Source of the DNA: Acidimicrobiales bacterium
GTDB lineage: Bacteria > Actinomycetota > Acidimicrobiia > Acidimicrobiales > DASWMK01
DNA length: 62,279 nucleotides
Direction of reading: 5' to 3'
NCBI GenBank assembly: GCA_036399815.1
Contig: DASWMK010000043.1
Location: 1 to 62,279, forward strand
Numbering within the stretch: the stretch's first letter is position 1; every line of letters starts with the position of its first letter. A program made the position numbers and the translations under genes. The notes below the pieces were generated by a model. The model saw only the letters and a list, made by a program, of their open reading frames with translations. It ran no database searches and was not told the origin of the DNA. This document shows, piece by piece, positions 62,060 to 62,279 of the stretch.

Positions 62060-62279
62060 TCAGAGCGGCAGGCCGCGGCGCTGGCGCCAGCGGGCGTGGC
62101 GCCAGAGGTGGGCGAGGGCGGTGACGGCCCGCTCGGCCGACGGGTGGCACAGGCGGCCGGCGGCCCGGACGGCGGCGGGGCCGGGGTTGTCCGGGTCGGC
62201 CACCGCCAGCTCGGTCGCCACCAGCACGGGCTTCCCGGTCGCCTCGGACGCCGCCACCGCGGCCTCGGCGTAGCGGCGG
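62060..62279 (-). CDS. 3' end of a gene truncated by the window edge (possibly ADP-forming acyl-CoA synthetase/CoA-binding family)
   Basis: The open frame continues to the window end. It reads ...AEAAVAASEATGKPVLVAT...CHPSAERAVTALAHL. The function guess is weak. Confidence 0.35.
   Translation of the reverse strand, partial: RRYAEAAVAASEATGKPVLVATELAVADPDNPGPAAVRAAGRLCHPSAERAVTALAHLWRHARWRQRRGLPL

Overview
This window is very GC-rich, densely packed chromosomal DNA from an actinobacterium (Actinomycetota). Most genes sit in long co-directional operons, many joined by 4-nt GTGA or ATGA stop/start overlaps. I recognised no rRNA, tRNA, CRISPR array, transposase or integrase.

Main blocks, left to right:
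- **186-3044:** small accessory genes (DUF1232, DinB/DUF664, YjbQ), a 30-bp tandem repeat, and a trio of tiny disordered proteins.
- **3414-10866 (+), the most unusual region:** a stand-alone NRPS-type adenylation enzyme, a SyrB2-like Fe(II)/2OG halogenase-type enzyme with His-x-Val where the carboxylate or Ala/Gly residue normally sits, a free 74-aa carrier protein, an aminotransferase, an alpha/beta-fold protein with a Cys nucleophile (GWCTG, SyrC/CmaE-like), an EamA exporter, and a shrunken, degenerate LeuRS paralogue that keeps the CP1 editing region.
- **10940-14042:** a conserved protein with R/G/D-rich and A/P/T/D-rich low-complexity segments, then an enoyl-CoA hydratase.
- **14046-19347 (-):** an operon encoding an adenylate cyclase-ATPase-TPR protein, a USP, a conserved protein, a GNAT and a NUDIX hydrolase.
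- **19427-19954 (-):** a DUF4193 protein.
- **20035-30917 (-):** a complete mce transporter operon (mkl ATPase, two YrbE permeases, six Mce proteins, one Mce-associated protein).
- **31074-36707:** LysM/lytic transglycosylase, double-ThyX protein, M20 amidohydrolase, Zn-type oxidoreductase, and a hypothetical protein.
- **36804-55313 (-):** the actinobacterial helY-tatC-tatA ... pafC-pafB-pafA-prcA-prcB-pup-dop-mpa locus. It is interrupted by non-canonical genes: lepB, GDPD, a DUF3866-like gene, two paralogous lipoproteins flanking pafA, a DUF2007-like gene, and a secreted beta-helix protein.
- **55407-55965 (+):** two tandem paralogous ferredoxins.
- **56061-59916 (-):** an operon containing a TtuB-like ubiquitin-fold sulfur carrier, TtuA-like tRNA thiolase, TrmI and a MarP-like protease.
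- **59948-62279:** a Lon-N domain protein, PBP4, and a truncated gene at the right edge.

All functional calls come from motifs read by eye and from remembered family sequences. No database search was run.
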